From Escherichia virus TH22, in the sequence record MT446396.1: a stretch of DNA of 64,000 bases. The stretch is one strand, 5' to 3'. Position numbers and translations under genes: made by a program. How positions within the stretch are numbered: position 1 is the stretch's first letter; each line of letters starts with the position of its first letter. The notes beneath the pieces are model-generated. The model was not told the origin of the DNA, searched no databases, and saw nothing but the letters and a program-made list of their open reading frames with translations. Of this stretch, positions 8,326-18,259 are shown piece by piece.

Positions 8326-9207
8326 ATGAACATTAAAACACGTAAAGAATATTCTCGATTTGAACAGCGTGAAGGTCGTGCAACCCGTCTTATCGCGATG
8401 AATTCTCTGGTTAACTTTGGTAAAATCAAATCAGGTTCTGCCACCCAGGGGTATGGGCAACGTATTGTAAGAATTAACTCTCTGAATGATTACTGCCGCC
8501 GCCCTGCGTTTTTGTTTGGTGCCACAGTTCGTAAGAGCATTAAGGAAATCCTGGCTGGCGGGCTTCGTATTCGCAAGGCTCCGGTTAACATCAAGAACTA
8601 TAATTTTAACTCTGACAACTTGATTATCAATATCAAGAATGATGGTATACAGATTAAGTTCAAACCAACCACCAAGGGCGACGTTGCTCTTTGTGATACC
8701 TTTAAAGAGGTTATGGGTATCGCGCTGTTTTATATGCGCCATGCTGTTGAAGCATACACGTTTGAAGAAGATACAAATTATATCCACCAAACGGAAAAAT
8801 TCCTTAAAACTATAGTCATTGATATTAAATTAACTAAAGAATATCTTTTGTCTTATGCACCTTATCAAGAGAAAAAGGAACCAGAAATGGCAGAACATAT
8901 CCCTACTGCGACATATAACCCAGCAGTTACAGGTCAGTTTAAATCTTACGACCAGGCTAAAATTTCACCACTGGAAGTTAAAAATATGTATCAATGGAAA
9001 ATCCAGCCAAACAGCTCTCTTGAAATCTTTAACCCACCAATGAAGCCTATTGAGAGCTATCATGCTGATGCTATCCAGGAATCAGTCAACCGCTTAAACG
9101 GTCTGATTGAAGATGAGAAAAAGGGTATTCAGGATGTTCTGAATCGCATCAAGAATATGGAAACACAACGCAATAAATTGCAGGCGGCGATTTTAGCATT
9201 AAAATAA
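8326..9207 (+). CDS. hypothetical protein with C-terminal coiled coil
   Basis: 294 aa from internal ATG of track ORF 8275..9207. Confidence 0.4.
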   Translation: MNIKTRKEYSRFEQREGRATRLIAMNSLVNFGKIKSGSATQGYGQRIVRINSLNDYCRRPAFLFGATVRKSIKEILAGGLRIRKAPVNIKNYNFNSDNLIINIKNDGIQIKFKPTTKGDVALCDTFKEVMGIALFYMRHAVEAYTFEEDTNYIHQTEKFLKTIVIDIKLTKEYLLSYAPYQEKKEPEMAEHIPTATYNPAVTGQFKSYDQAKISPLEVKNMYQWKIQPNSSLEIFNPPMKPIESYHADAIQESVNRLNGLIEDEKKGIQDVLNRIKNMETQRNKLQAAILALK

Positions 9208-9208
9208 T

Positions 9209-9265
9209 GTTTACTTCCAAGGATGGAGGGAGTATAATGAATTCCTACTTTATGAGGAGAACACT
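9209..9265 (+). promoter_or_regulatory. early promoter
   Basis: GTTTAC -35, CCAAGGATGGAGGGAGTATAATG -10. Confidence 0.45.
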
Positions 9266-10255
9266 ATGACACGTAACGAATATATCCAGGCCTTTAACAC
9301 CACTATCGATGCAAAAGTAAAACCATTAATAGGTGAATCGGCTATCCTTTTAATTATCAATTACTGGTTAAATCAGATTGACTCGACGATTGTTGCATCC
9401 GGGCGCTTCAAGAAAGACATTGCGACTATTGCGAGCCGTGCCGGTAAAGATGATATCAAGAAAACTTTTAAAGGTTCCCGAGTCCTGGCATACCTGGTTA
9501 ATAAAGACCTTCTTAATAAGTTTGGCGTTGAATCCAGACATGGTAAAGGTACAATTGGATATCATTGGTTTGGTGATGTTGAAAAATACTACCTTGATAA
9601 ACAAGGCTATACTGTTTCTGAATTCGCAAATTGCTGGGCTCGTGAATTCAGAGATAACAAAATGTCTATCATCAAATCAGCGACAAAATTGATGGGTAGC
9701 GATTATCGCACTATCTCCCATTTGGCTGAGCACATGATAAATGTTAAAGAGTCTGGTGAAAACCAGGTAATTATTACAGTTAAGTATGAATTCTTTACGC
9801 CGGTAGCTACTCCAGAAAATGTCAAAAAGTATCTTGATGCCGCGAGCACGCTTACTTCACAGATGCAGTGCGCCCTTAACTATATGCGCACTGTTGAAAA
9901 AATTAAAGTAGACCCTATCACCAGTACTCATGGTTGGAAAGGTTGGAAAATTGTGGTGACATTACGCGAAGTTAAATGCGCAAAACAACCAACTGATGCA
10001 GAAATTTATAAAAAGAAAAGTGAGGAAATTATGAATGCTCCGCAAGAAACCACCCTTGAAGACCTGATTGATAATCTGAATAATGAGCCAGTGGAACAAA
10101 AAGCGCCTGAAATTGTTGCTCTGGAAATGGCGTATAATAAAGCTCTTGCTGTTAATAAAAAGGCAACTGAAGACTATACCAAAGCCAAGCGACTTTGGGA
10201 AGAATCAACTAATCGTCTGGATAAACTGGAACAGGCTCTGGAGCTACTGAAATGA
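9266..10255 (+). CDS. hypothetical protein with C-terminal coiled coil
   Basis: 329-aa ORF. Confidence 0.45.
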   Translation: MTRNEYIQAFNTTIDAKVKPLIGESAILLIINYWLNQIDSTIVASGRFKKDIATIASRAGKDDIKKTFKGSRVLAYLVNKDLLNKFGVESRHGKGTIGYHWFGDVEKYYLDKQGYTVSEFANCWAREFRDNKMSIIKSATKLMGSDYRTISHLAEHMINVKESGENQVIITVKYEFFTPVATPENVKKYLDAASTLTSQMQCALNYMRTVEKIKVDPITSTHGWKGWKIVVTLREVKCAKQPTDAEIYKKKSEEIMNAPQETTLEDLIDNLNNEPVEQKAPEIVALEMAYNKALAVNKKATEDYTKAKRLWEESTNRLDKLEQALELLK

Positions 10256-10545
10256 AACAACGTTTAGCTGAAGATATTGCAGAAACTGCATTTCCAGAAT
10301 GGACCCCCGCAGCGGGGTTTAATAAAGGTCTTATAAACTGGACTGATGATTATAGTCAGGTTCCCGATTGGGATATGGTAATGGCTATGGTTCGCCGCCG
10401 TGAACGTGCTTCTAAGAGCGTTCCTAACTGTCCAGAATGTGGAACTGAACAGGTCCAGTTAGTCCATTGGCAGACTAGTACTCTTCGTTACAAATGCAGA
10501 CATTGTAAACACAAATTTGAGCGAGACGAAAATGGCAAAGCGTAA
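10252..10545 (+). CDS. zinc-ribbon protein
   Basis: CPECG...CRHCKHKF (CxxC-x(n)-CxxC). Confidence 0.4.
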   Translation: MKQRLAEDIAETAFPEWTPAAGFNKGLINWTDDYSQVPDWDMVMAMVRRRERASKSVPNCPECGTEQVQLVHWQTSTLRYKCRHCKHKFERDENGKA

Positions 10546-10774
10546 AGAATATCTTGAGACTGCTGATAAGGCGGTCCGTGAATTAACTCTGGCCTATTAT
10601 AAAGAACACGGTAAACTTCCGGATAGTTATTCAGTATTGAAATCTGCTTTAACTCGTTCATATAATAATATGCGTTCAGAAGTTTATGGTATTATGGTCA
10701 AACATAAAGAACAAACCGGTCAATACCCCGATTATACTGAGACCTTCAAACAAGTATTAGGAATTAAGGAATAA
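10517..10774 (+). CDS. hypothetical protein
   Basis: 85-aa ORF. Confidence 0.3.
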   Translation: MSETKMAKRKEYLETADKAVRELTLAYYKEHGKLPDSYSVLKSALTRSYNNMRSEVYGIMVKHKEQTGQYPDYTETFKQVLGIKE

Positions 10775-10775
10775 T

Positions 10776-11039
10776 ATGTTTAAAGTATATGGTTATGATT
10801 CATCTATTCATCGCTGTGTATTCTGCGATAATGCAAAACGTTTTTTGGATGTTAAAAAACAACCTTACGAGTTCATCAACGTTATGCCAGAAAAAGGTGT
10901 GTTTGATGATGAGAAGATTGCCCAACTCCTGGCTGCACTTGGTCGCGAATCTCAAATTGGTTTGACCATGCCGCAAGTATTTGCTCCTGACGGAAGTCAT
11001 ATTGGCGGCTTTGACCAACTGCGAGAATATTTTAAATGA
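10776..11039 (+). CDS. nrdC: thioredoxin/glutaredoxin (NrdC)
   Basis: 87 aa; active site CVFC; closely matches T4 NrdC. Confidence 0.85.
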   Translation: MFKVYGYDSSIHRCVFCDNAKRFLDVKKQPYEFINVMPEKGVFDDEKIAQLLAALGRESQIGLTMPQVFAPDGSHIGGFDQLREYFK

Positions 11040-11203
11040 TTGAATTATCGTTGGGTGTTTTGTATCTTATCATCGGTATTGGTTATGCTAAGACCCTAGC
11101 TAAATTAGATGATTTCGGTGCAGGTGACTTTTGCTGGTGGCTGACGTCTATGATTTGTTGGCCTTTATTTCTGGTTGGTGCTTCATTCTGGAACTTTAAA
11201 TGA
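11036..11203 (+). CDS. hypothetical small membrane protein
   Basis: 55 aa, hydrophobic; ATGA overlap with nrdC; below the ORF-track length cutoff. Confidence 0.3.
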   Translation: MIELSLGVLYLIIGIGYAKTLAKLDDFGAGDFCWWLTSMICWPLFLVGASFWNFK

Positions 11204-11376
11204 CCGAATTTGATATGGCTTATAAAACCTGCGCAAGAGAGTTTGATACTCCTGCGCCTAGTAAAGAAACCGTATTGGCAAATCTCCCGGATTGGTTAAA
11301 AGAAGAAGCCAACGAATGGGGTTGGACTGATACTTGTGTACGCGACCAGTTATTTGAATTTATGGTGGAATTATGA
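11200..11376 (+). CDS. hypothetical small protein
   Basis: 58 aa, coupled. Confidence 0.3.
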   Translation: MTEFDMAYKTCAREFDTPAPSKETVLANLPDWLKEEANEWGWTDTCVRDQLFEFMVEL

Positions 11377-11681
11377 GTGAATTAGACGGACAAACAATTT
11401 ATCTGGGCGATGGCAACGAAGACGACCTGGAATATAAACTATACGAATACATGGTCGCCCTGGCAAAGGAAGAAGGTATTGACTTTGCTGTGGCTAACCC
11501 GTATGGTGAGAACACTGTTGTAATTGGTGGCACTGCTTATGAAGTCCAATGGCAATACGTTGGGCTTGAATCTATAGAATATGAAGAAGATAAGCATGGC
11601 GATTGGCATCCGGTGGGTCCCTGGTACTGGGACGACGGCGAGCCTGATTTTGAAGTATCAAGCTATTGGAGTGACCAATGA
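11373..11681 (+). CDS. hypothetical highly acidic protein
   Basis: 102 aa, Asp/Glu/Tyr/Trp-rich. Confidence 0.35.
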   Translation: MSELDGQTIYLGDGNEDDLEYKLYEYMVALAKEEGIDFAVANPYGENTVVIGGTAYEVQWQYVGLESIEYEEDKHGDWHPVGPWYWDDGEPDFEVSSYWSDQ

Positions 11682-11998
11682 CTATTGAAAATGAATTAGA
11701 TGTTGATGCTGTTTTAAGCGAAATCATTGAAGACCATGATGCGTTTACTGAATCATACGAGTTTGAATTTTCGGACTACCTGGTTCCGGTTGAATTAGGC
11801 GAATGGACACAAACCGGCAAATACCAATATCGCCAGGCAATTTATTTCAGCAAAAAACATAATGTGCATGTGGCTGTAAACGAAACTCGTACCGGTTCTT
11901 ATCATACCGACTGGGACCATATGGTCCCGACTGTTGAACTGGTTAAGCTCCAAGAACGTGTCGTAACCCAAACTATCAGAGAATGGATTACGCTATAA
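11678..11998 (+). CDS. hypothetical acidic protein
   Basis: 106-aa ORF. Confidence 0.35.
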   Translation: MTIENELDVDAVLSEIIEDHDAFTESYEFEFSDYLVPVELGEWTQTGKYQYRQAIYFSKKHNVHVAVNETRTGSYHTDWDHMVPTVELVKLQERVVTQTIREWITL

Positions 11999-12115
11999 AA
12001 CCATGGTATACCGCTCGATGGGAAACCGTCGAGCCAGAGGAACCTGTTTACAACGATTCCGAAATAGATTATAATGAACCTTCAAACAATGATTTAATCG
12101 ATATGGAGTTTGGAT

Positions 12116-12289
12116 ATGAGTACCAAAATTGAAATTGGCCGTCATAAAGGCCGCCTGATTGAAAAATCACTTTATGAACTGTCGGATTCCCGTAAGTTAC
12201 CTGATGAAGAATCTGCTTTAATTTTTGCCGCGGCGGATTATATCCATTGGCTTGAAGCTCAACTTCGCTTTGCTGATGAGGCCTTCTGA
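12116..12289 (+). CDS. hypothetical small protein
   Basis: 57 aa; below track cutoff. Confidence 0.3.
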   Translation: MSTKIEIGRHKGRLIEKSLYELSDSRKLPDEESALIFAAADYIHWLEAQLRFADEAF

Positions 12290-12591
12290 TGAATTTATTT
12301 GAATTTGAAGGTAAAACTGTTCGTATTACTGAAGAAGATGTTGACCATTATGTTGACTGGCCTGAATTAAACGGCAATCGCGGTTTTGAGTCAGGCGAGC
12401 TCTGTGAAGGTGCTGAAGTTAAAATCTTGAAGGTGGAGATTTCTCCATGGGGCAATCCTGAAATCATTGGCGTAACTGCTATCGAATTCAATGGTAAGGT
12501 ATACGAATACACTAAAGAAATGTTTGAAGATACTAAAGCTTCATTCTGGTGTTTTTGGACTAACGATGATAATGAATTTGAGGTCGCATGA
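12289..12591 (+). CDS. hypothetical acidic protein
   Basis: 100-aa ORF. Confidence 0.35.
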   Translation: MNLFEFEGKTVRITEEDVDHYVDWPELNGNRGFESGELCEGAEVKILKVEISPWGNPEIIGVTAIEFNGKVYEYTKEMFEDTKASFWCFWTNDDNEFEVA

Positions 12592-12764
12592 AAACTGCAT
12601 TAGTCTATACCGAAAAGTTAAATGGTGTCAAGGTCTGGAAACTTCTTATTAAAGGAAGTCCTACCGACCAGTTTATGGCCACCTGTGTAGGATTGTATAC
12701 TCGTCCTACTAAAAAGATGATTCGTCAATTTAAACGGTTACACCGCGCGTTTTATAAGATTTAA
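12588..12764 (+). CDS. hypothetical small basic protein
   Basis: 58 aa; below track cutoff. Confidence 0.3.
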   Translation: MKTALVYTEKLNGVKVWKLLIKGSPTDQFMATCVGLYTRPTKKMIRQFKRLHRAFYKI

Positions 12765-12799
12765 TAAATACCCTTATCTAATAATGGTAAGGGTTTATT
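12765..12799 (+). promoter_or_regulatory. hairpin-embedded -10 element upstream of gene 49
   Basis: CCCTTATCTAATAATGGTAAGGG inverted repeat containing TAATAAT. Confidence 0.35.
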
Positions 12800-13273
12800 A
12801 TGTTGTTGACTGGCAAATTATACAAAGAAGAAAAACAAAAACTTTATGATGCACAAGCTGGTAAGTGTCCAATTTGCCACCGTGATTTGGACTCCGATGT
12901 TCAGGCCAACCATCTTGACCATGACCACGAATTGAACGGGCCAAAAGCTGGTAAGGTTCGCGGGTTACTATGCAATCTGTGCAATGGGACAGAAGGACAA
13001 ATGAAGCATAAGTTCAGCCGTTCGGGTCTGAAAAGTCGCGATGTTGACTACCTGGAATGGTTAGAGAGTTTGCTTGTCTATCTGAAATCTGATTATACCG
13101 AAAACAATATTCACCCCAATTTTGTAACAGACAAAGCCAAAGAGTTCGGTCGTCTGGGGAAAGAAGAAATGATTCGGGAAATGCTTTTGAATGGTATGAC
13201 TTATAATGAATCTGACACCAAAACACAATTAATGGCTTCATTTAAGAAGCAGCTTAGAAAGAGTTTAAAATGA
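12800..13273 (+). CDS. 49: endonuclease VII (Holliday-junction resolvase)
   Basis: 157 aa; Zn site CPICH...CNLCN, HLDHDHELNGPKAGKVRGLLC; near-collinear with T4 gp49. Confidence 0.9.
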   Translation: MLLTGKLYKEEKQKLYDAQAGKCPICHRDLDSDVQANHLDHDHELNGPKAGKVRGLLCNLCNGTEGQMKHKFSRSGLKSRDVDYLEWLESLLVYLKSDYTENNIHPNFVTDKAKEFGRLGKEEMIREMLLNGMTYNESDTKTQLMASFKKQLRKSLK

Positions 13274-15087
13274 CAATTGAAAACGAAATTGAAGGATTGA
13301 TTCATAAAACTAATAAAGACCTTTTAAACGAGAATGCTAATAAAGATTCTCGTGTTTTTCCAACTCAACGGGACCTTATGGCTGGTATTGTATCTAAACA
13401 CATTGCCAAAAATATGGTCGCGTCTTTTATTATGAAAGCACATGAAAGTGGAATTATTCATTTCCATGATATTGATTATTCCCCTGCTCTTCCATTTACT
13501 AATTGCTGTTTAGTAGATTTAAAAGGAATGCTTGAGAACGGATTTAAGCTTGGTAATGCACAGATTGAAACTCCTAAATCAATCGGTGTTGCTACTGCAA
13601 TTATGGCACAAATTACTGCACAGGTTGCTTCTCACCAATATGGCGGAACGACTTTTGCTAATGTAGACAAAGTATTTTCTCCTTATGTTAAACGTACATA
13701 CGCAAAACATATTGAAGATGCAGAAAAATGGCAAATCACTGATGCATTGAATTATGCCCAATCTAAAACAGAAAAAGACGTATACGATGCATTCCAAGCT
13801 TATGAATATGAAGTAAATACGCTCTTTAGTTCAAATGGGCAAACGCCTTTTGTGACAATTACGTTTGGCACGGGAACTGACTGGACTGAACGAATGATTC
13901 AGAAAGCAATTCTGAAAAATCGTATCAAAGGTCTTGGTCGCGATGGGATAACTCCTATTTTCCCTAAACTTGTTATGTTCGTTGAAGAAGGTGTTAATCT
14001 TTATAAAGACGACCCGAACTATGATATTAAGCAGCTTGCTCTAGAGTGTGCAAGCAAAAGAATGTATCCTGATATTATTTCAGCTAAGAACAATAAAGCT
14101 ATCACTGGTTCATCTATTCCTGTTTCTCCAATGGGTTGCCGTAGTTTCTTGGGCGTATGGAAAGATTCGACTGGTAATGAAATTCTTGATGGACGTAATA
14201 ATCTTGGTGTTGTAACACTGAATCTTCCTCGCATTGCGTTAGATTCTTATATTGGAACACAGTTCAATGAACAGAAATTTATCGAATTGTTCAATGAGCG
14301 AATGGATTTGTGTTTTGAAGCTTTGATGTGTAGAATTAGTTCTTTAAAAGGAGTTAAAGCGACTGTTGCTCCTATTCTTTACCAAGAAGGTGCATTCGGG
14401 GTTCGTCTTAAACCTGATGATGATATAATTGAGTTATTTAAAAACGGTAGAAGTTCAGTGTCTTTGGGATACATTGGTATTCACGAATTGAATATTCTTG
14501 CCGGTCGTGATATTGGGCAAGAAATTTTAACTAAAATGAATGCTCGTCTTAAGCAGTGGACTGAAAGAACCGGTTTTGCTTTTAGTTTGTATTCTACACC
14601 TGCTGAAAACCTTTGTTATCGCTTCTGTAAACTTGATACTGAAAAATATGGAAGTGTAAAAGATGTTACCGATAAAGGATGGTACACTAACAGTTTCCAC
14701 GTTTCAGTAGAAGAAAATATTACTCCGTTTGAAAAGATTTCTCGCGAAGCCCCATATCATTTCATTGCGACAGGTGGTCACATTTCTTATGTTGAACTTC
14801 CTGATATGAAAAATAACTTAAAAGGTCTTGAGGCTGTATGGGATTATGCCGCGCAACATTTAGATTATTTTGGTGTTAATATGCCAGTAGATAAATGTTT
14901 TACGTGTGGAAGTACCCATGAAATGACTCCTACTGAAAACGGATTTGTTTGTTCTATTTGTGGAGAAACTGACCCTAAAAAGATGAACACAATAAGAAGA
15001 ACTTGCGGTTATTTGGGAAATCCGAACGAACGTGGATTTAATCTCGGCAAAAATAAAGAAATCATGCATAGGGTTAAACACCAATGA
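13270..15087 (+). CDS. nrdD: anaerobic ribonucleoside-triphosphate reductase
   Basis: 605 aa; C-terminal Zn ribbon CFTCG...CSICG and glycyl-radical region RTCGYLG. Confidence 0.95.
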   Translation: MTIENEIEGLIHKTNKDLLNENANKDSRVFPTQRDLMAGIVSKHIAKNMVASFIMKAHESGIIHFHDIDYSPALPFTNCCLVDLKGMLENGFKLGNAQIETPKSIGVATAIMAQITAQVASHQYGGTTFANVDKVFSPYVKRTYAKHIEDAEKWQITDALNYAQSKTEKDVYDAFQAYEYEVNTLFSSNGQTPFVTITFGTGTDWTERMIQKAILKNRIKGLGRDGITPIFPKLVMFVEEGVNLYKDDPNYDIKQLALECASKRMYPDIISAKNNKAITGSSIPVSPMGCRSFLGVWKDSTGNEILDGRNNLGVVTLNLPRIALDSYIGTQFNEQKFIELFNERMDLCFEALMCRISSLKGVKATVAPILYQEGAFGVRLKPDDDIIELFKNGRSSVSLGYIGIHELNILAGRDIGQEILTKMNARLKQWTERTGFAFSLYSTPAENLCYRFCKLDTEKYGSVKDVTDKGWYTNSFHVSVEENITPFEKISREAPYHFIATGGHISYVELPDMKNNLKGLEAVWDYAAQHLDYFGVNMPVDKCFTCGSTHEMTPTENGFVCSICGETDPKKMNTIRRTCGYLGNPNERGFNLGKNKEIMHRVKHQ

Positions 15088-15554
15088 ATTATGATAGATT
15101 TTATCCTTGTGATTTTGTGAATGGCCCTGGATGCAGGGTCGTTCTTTTCGTTACAGGTTGTTTGCATAAATGTGAAGGGTGTTATAATAAATCAACATGG
15201 AATGCTAGAAATGGGGTTCCATTCACTGGTGAAACACTAGAACAATTAATTGAATGTTTGAATAATGATTATATAGAAGGATTAACTATAACTGGAGGAG
15301 ACCCTCTCTATCCTGATAACCGAGATGTTATTCACTCTGTGGTTCAAACTGTTAAAAATCTTTATCCAAATAAAAGCATTTGGATGTGGACAGGATATAA
15401 GTTTGAAGATATTAAACAACTAGAAATGCTTAAATATGTTGATGTTATTATTGATGGGAAGTATGAGAAAAATCTTCCGACCAAAAAACTGTGGCGAGGG
15501 TCAGATAATCAGCGACTTTGGTCAAATACCGATGGGGTGTGGAAACATGATTAA
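15084..15554 (+). CDS. nrdG: anaerobic RNR activating enzyme (radical SAM)
   Basis: 156 aa; CxxxCxxC-type cluster CLHKCEGCYN; coupled to nrdD. Confidence 0.9.
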   Translation: MNYDRFYPCDFVNGPGCRVVLFVTGCLHKCEGCYNKSTWNARNGVPFTGETLEQLIECLNNDYIEGLTITGGDPLYPDNRDVIHSVVQTVKNLYPNKSIWMWTGYKFEDIKQLEMLKYVDVIIDGKYEKNLPTKKLWRGSDNQRLWSNTDGVWKHD

Positions 15555-15668
15555 ATTTAATTATATTATGGATACTATAAATGATATGATTTTTCATTTT
15601 GGTCCAGAATTTTATTCGCAGTATAGTTTAGTGCTTATCAATGCTTGGTTAATCAATTAAGGGTAAAT

Positions 15669-15884
15669 ATGAATAAATTTCGTAATGCTGTTTCTGATAT
15701 CCTGGCCAATATTACATTTGTCCTGTTTATTGTGTGCCTTTTAATCCTGGTTATCCCATTTGGATTGCTGTTTGTGATGATTGGTGCCCTGAGTACTGAA
15801 AAGGGCCTTGAAGGGTCTGAGTTCGACAAACGAATCCAGGCTGTCCATAGTGTTATTGCTAAAATGATGAAGGTGAAAGAATGA
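15669..15884 (+). CDS. hypothetical membrane protein
   Basis: 72 aa, one long hydrophobic segment. Confidence 0.4.
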   Translation: MNKFRNAVSDILANITFVLFIVCLLILVIPFGLLFVMIGALSTEKGLEGSEFDKRIQAVHSVIAKMMKVKE

Positions 15885-16180
15885 AACGTTTCGAAGAATA
15901 TGTAGCTACTAATTGGACCGCATGGGACAAGTTCGGTGATGAATGGTACTTCCATGACTGTGACTTGGACCCGAAATTCTTTGCTGATAAAGAAGAAGAC
16001 CTTAAAGATATCTATGCTCTATCTGAGATTCATGGAATCAAACCGACGGTTTATTTCTCTTTCGATGACACAGGTTTCCTTATTCAGGTTTATGTCCCGT
16101 ATGCAACCGCCAGCGATGAAGAAGTTATTAAAACCTGGAACTACCAAGGAGTGATTTCCTGTGGGCCAAAACTCGACTAA
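15881..16180 (+). CDS. hypothetical protein
   Basis: 99-aa ORF. Confidence 0.35.
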   Translation: MKRFEEYVATNWTAWDKFGDEWYFHDCDLDPKFFADKEEDLKDIYALSEIHGIKPTVYFSFDDTGFLIQVYVPYATASDEEVIKTWNYQGVISCGPKLD

Positions 16181-16478
16181 GATTGAAATCTATGGTATCC
16201 CCGAAGAAGTCGGTCGATGCCCTGGTTGTATGCACGTCAGGAGCCTTCTGGGCTCCTTAAACCTTCCTTATACATTCTATTCAGTCCTTAACAAACAAGG
16301 CTCTGAAATCGCTTATGACAGGCCTTTAATCGTGTCTTTGGCTAAGCGTGGTGGATATCCTACTCTTAACATTCGTTACCCGGTGATTTTTGTCAATGAT
16401 GAAAAAATGACCAATATTCCTGCCTTTAAAACAAAACTGATATCCCTGGGGTACGACCAGGACTTAATTGAAGATTAA
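16161..16478 (+). CDS. thioredoxin-fold redoxin (NrdH-like by position)
   Basis: 105 aa, GTG start with AAGGAG SD; CPGC redox motif; lies between nrdG and gene 55 as nrdH does in T4. Confidence 0.45.
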   Translation: MGQNSTKIEIYGIPEEVGRCPGCMHVRSLLGSLNLPYTFYSVLNKQGSEIAYDRPLIVSLAKRGGYPTLNIRYPVIFVNDEKMTNIPAFKTKLISLGYDQDLIED

Positions 16479-16480
16479 AA

Positions 16481-16545
16481 AGGGGTGTACAAGCCCCTTT
16501 GAACGGTGTATCATTATCCCATCAACTACTGATGAGGAAAACAAA
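16481..16545 (+). promoter_or_regulatory. stem-loop + early promoter with family-A leader
   Basis: AGGGGTGTACAAGCCCCT hairpin, TATCATTAT, CCCATCAACTACTGATGAGG. Confidence 0.5.
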
Positions 16546-16722
16546 ATGGTTATTGAAGATAAAGAAATTAAAGTCAACCAGTATTATTCAATCAACGGCA
16601 AAGCTGTTTTAGTAACTGAAATATCTAGCCTGGATGTGTGGTATACCATAATTGACCTTGGTATTAAAATGATTTGTGACCGTGGAGTGTTTTGTTCGAT
16701 AGCTAAGGAAATTAAATTATGA
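16546..16722 (+). CDS. hypothetical protein
   Basis: 59 aa from ATG after family-A leader. Confidence 0.35.
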   Translation: MVIEDKEIKVNQYYSINGKAVLVTEISSLDVWYTIIDLGIKMICDRGVFCSIAKEIKL

Positions 16723-16973
16723 GCCTGAAATTACACTCAATGAAAAATATCATTACCCTTAATCTGGATGATGAGCGCCTAATTTTTCTCACCGTCACTG
16801 ATAAGAATATTGAAATTGCAAATGGTCCTAAGACTTATTGTTGCCCAGTGAAGAATTGGAAGCATGTAACCTTTTTGACCCTGTGCGACCGTCTGAAAGA
16901 CCTTAAGTTGGATTTGGATGTCAAAGATATTCAGTACATTAAAAATCTTATTGGATACAAACTGTTGAGGTAA
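16719..16973 (+). CDS. hypothetical protein
   Basis: 84-aa ORF. Confidence 0.3.
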   Translation: MSLKLHSMKNIITLNLDDERLIFLTVTDKNIEIANGPKTYCCPVKNWKHVTFLTLCDRLKDLKLDLDVKDIQYIKNLIGYKLLR

Positions 16974-16975
16974 CT

Positions 16976-17269
16976 ATGGGTAAAACTATTCGTCGTAAAG
17001 ATTTGTCTTCTAAAGATTTTAATTGCATAGCTAGACGTAAAGCGCCTGATGGTGTATCAGAAGAAACTTTAAACGAAAATATCTTCCGTTCAGACAAATG
17101 GAAGCGTATGCGTGGCGTTGATTCAGAAGTCAAGAATGAGATGAATCGTCAACTGCGTAAAGAAGTTCGTCAGTTGAAAAAAGATGTATACGTTGAGGAT
17201 GATTTGGATTATAATACTTCTCATCTTGTTGCAAAACGTAAATCAAACGAGTGCTATCGTTACAGCTGA
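16976..17269 (+). CDS. hypothetical basic protein
   Basis: 97-aa ORF. Confidence 0.3.
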   Translation: MGKTIRRKDLSSKDFNCIARRKAPDGVSEETLNENIFRSDKWKRMRGVDSEVKNEMNRQLRKEVRQLKKDVYVEDDLDYNTSHLVAKRKSNECYRYS

Positions 17270-17276
17270 GGAAAAC

Positions 17277-17408
17277 ATGAATATCAAACGAATGCTTTTT
17301 AAACAAGGATTATACGCTTTAAATTCTGCTCCAAAAGGCGATACAACTAAGTGGTCAGTAAATGACTGGATTAAATTTATTGATGAAAACGGTAACTGGA
17401 AAATTTAA
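17277..17408 (+). CDS. hypothetical small protein
   Basis: 43 aa from ATG with GAGGA SD. Confidence 0.25.
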   Translation: MNIKRMLFKQGLYALNSAPKGDTTKWSVNDWIKFIDENGNWKI

Positions 17409-17606
17409 ATGAATCCTGAATCTAAATTATCACAGCGAATTGTTGAATCTCGTCGTCAGTTCTTTGAAAATATGATAGCTCAAGGTATTGATGATGAAGT
17501 TTTTCTGAACTGGTTTTGGAATCTCTATTATTCAAAATGTGCAGGAACAATATTATTATCGGCCGCATTGATGTACGAAGGCTGGAAAGGCGCTAAAGCG
17601 CAGTAA
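17409..17606 (+). CDS. hypothetical protein
   Basis: 65-aa ORF. Confidence 0.3.
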   Translation: MNPESKLSQRIVESRRQFFENMIAQGIDDEVFLNWFWNLYYSKCAGTILLSAALMYEGWKGAKAQ

Positions 17607-17611
17607 AAACC

Positions 17612-17678
17612 AACGGGGTCATGGTATAATGACCCTAGGATAATAAAATTTTAATTTAATGAGACTGAGGAATATATC
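17612..17678 (+). promoter_or_regulatory. PeSL-type element (-10 inside a stem-loop)
   Basis: GGGGTCATGGTATAATGACCC hairpin with TATAAT in the loop. Confidence 0.5.
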
Positions 17679-18005
17679 ATGACTGCATCTATCACTAACA
17701 TCATCGCTAATTTCGCATTTGCTAAAGTTAACACTCTGATGAAATCTGGTTTTGTTACTCCTGAGATTCTGGACCAGTGGGAAGGCGATGTACAGAAACT
17801 GATTATTGCAGAAGGTCAGACAATGGGCAAAGCGCGTATTCGTGAAAGCCTTGTCCAGTATATCCTGAATGAATTTGATGTAGTAGCGTTTGGTTTACCG
17901 CTTCTGCGTGAAAACAAAGAAGTTTCTGATAAAGCTATCAAGCGTATGAAGGCCCAGCGCAAGAAGGGGTTTGTTGACCTGAAAATTGTTAAGGGTGCGA
18001 AATGA
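17679..18005 (+). CDS. hypothetical protein
   Basis: 108-aa ORF. Confidence 0.35.
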   Translation: MTASITNIIANFAFAKVNTLMKSGFVTPEILDQWEGDVQKLIIAEGQTMGKARIRESLVQYILNEFDVVAFGLPLLRENKEVSDKAIKRMKAQRKKGFVDLKIVKGAK

Positions 18006-18259
18006 TGTGTCCTGCTATTGAATTACCTGAAGGTGTTGCGGTAATAGTATCTTACAAGTATGCTAATGGAATTCGCCGAGCTCATAAAATTAGTCACGGT
18101 TACTATTTACAAAGGATTTTAAATTATTTCATTTCAATGGGATATGAATTCAGAATCTATCCTATGTGTACTAAAACCAAGTACACTAAAATCGATGCTT
18201 GGGAAGCTTGGGGGGAAGGTATGACATTAGACGAATTCCTGGACTACTTAAATGATTAA
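18002..18259 (+). CDS. hypothetical protein
   Basis: 85-aa ORF. Confidence 0.3.
   Translation: MMCPAIELPEGVAVIVSYKYANGIRRAHKISHGYYLQRILNYFISMGYEFRIYPMCTKTKYTKIDAWEAWGEGMTLDEFLDYLND

Noticed and set aside
13270-15087. Possible group I intron / homing endonuclease in nrdD, as in T4
   Set aside because: nrdD is one uninterrupted 605-aa ORF; no GIY-YIG or HNH homing endonuclease ORF was seen anywhere in the window.
16161-16478. Second glutaredoxin taken as a duplicate nrdC
   Set aside because: Different active-site motif (CPGC versus CVFC) and position next to nrdG; more consistent with an NrdH-like redoxin than a duplicated nrdC.
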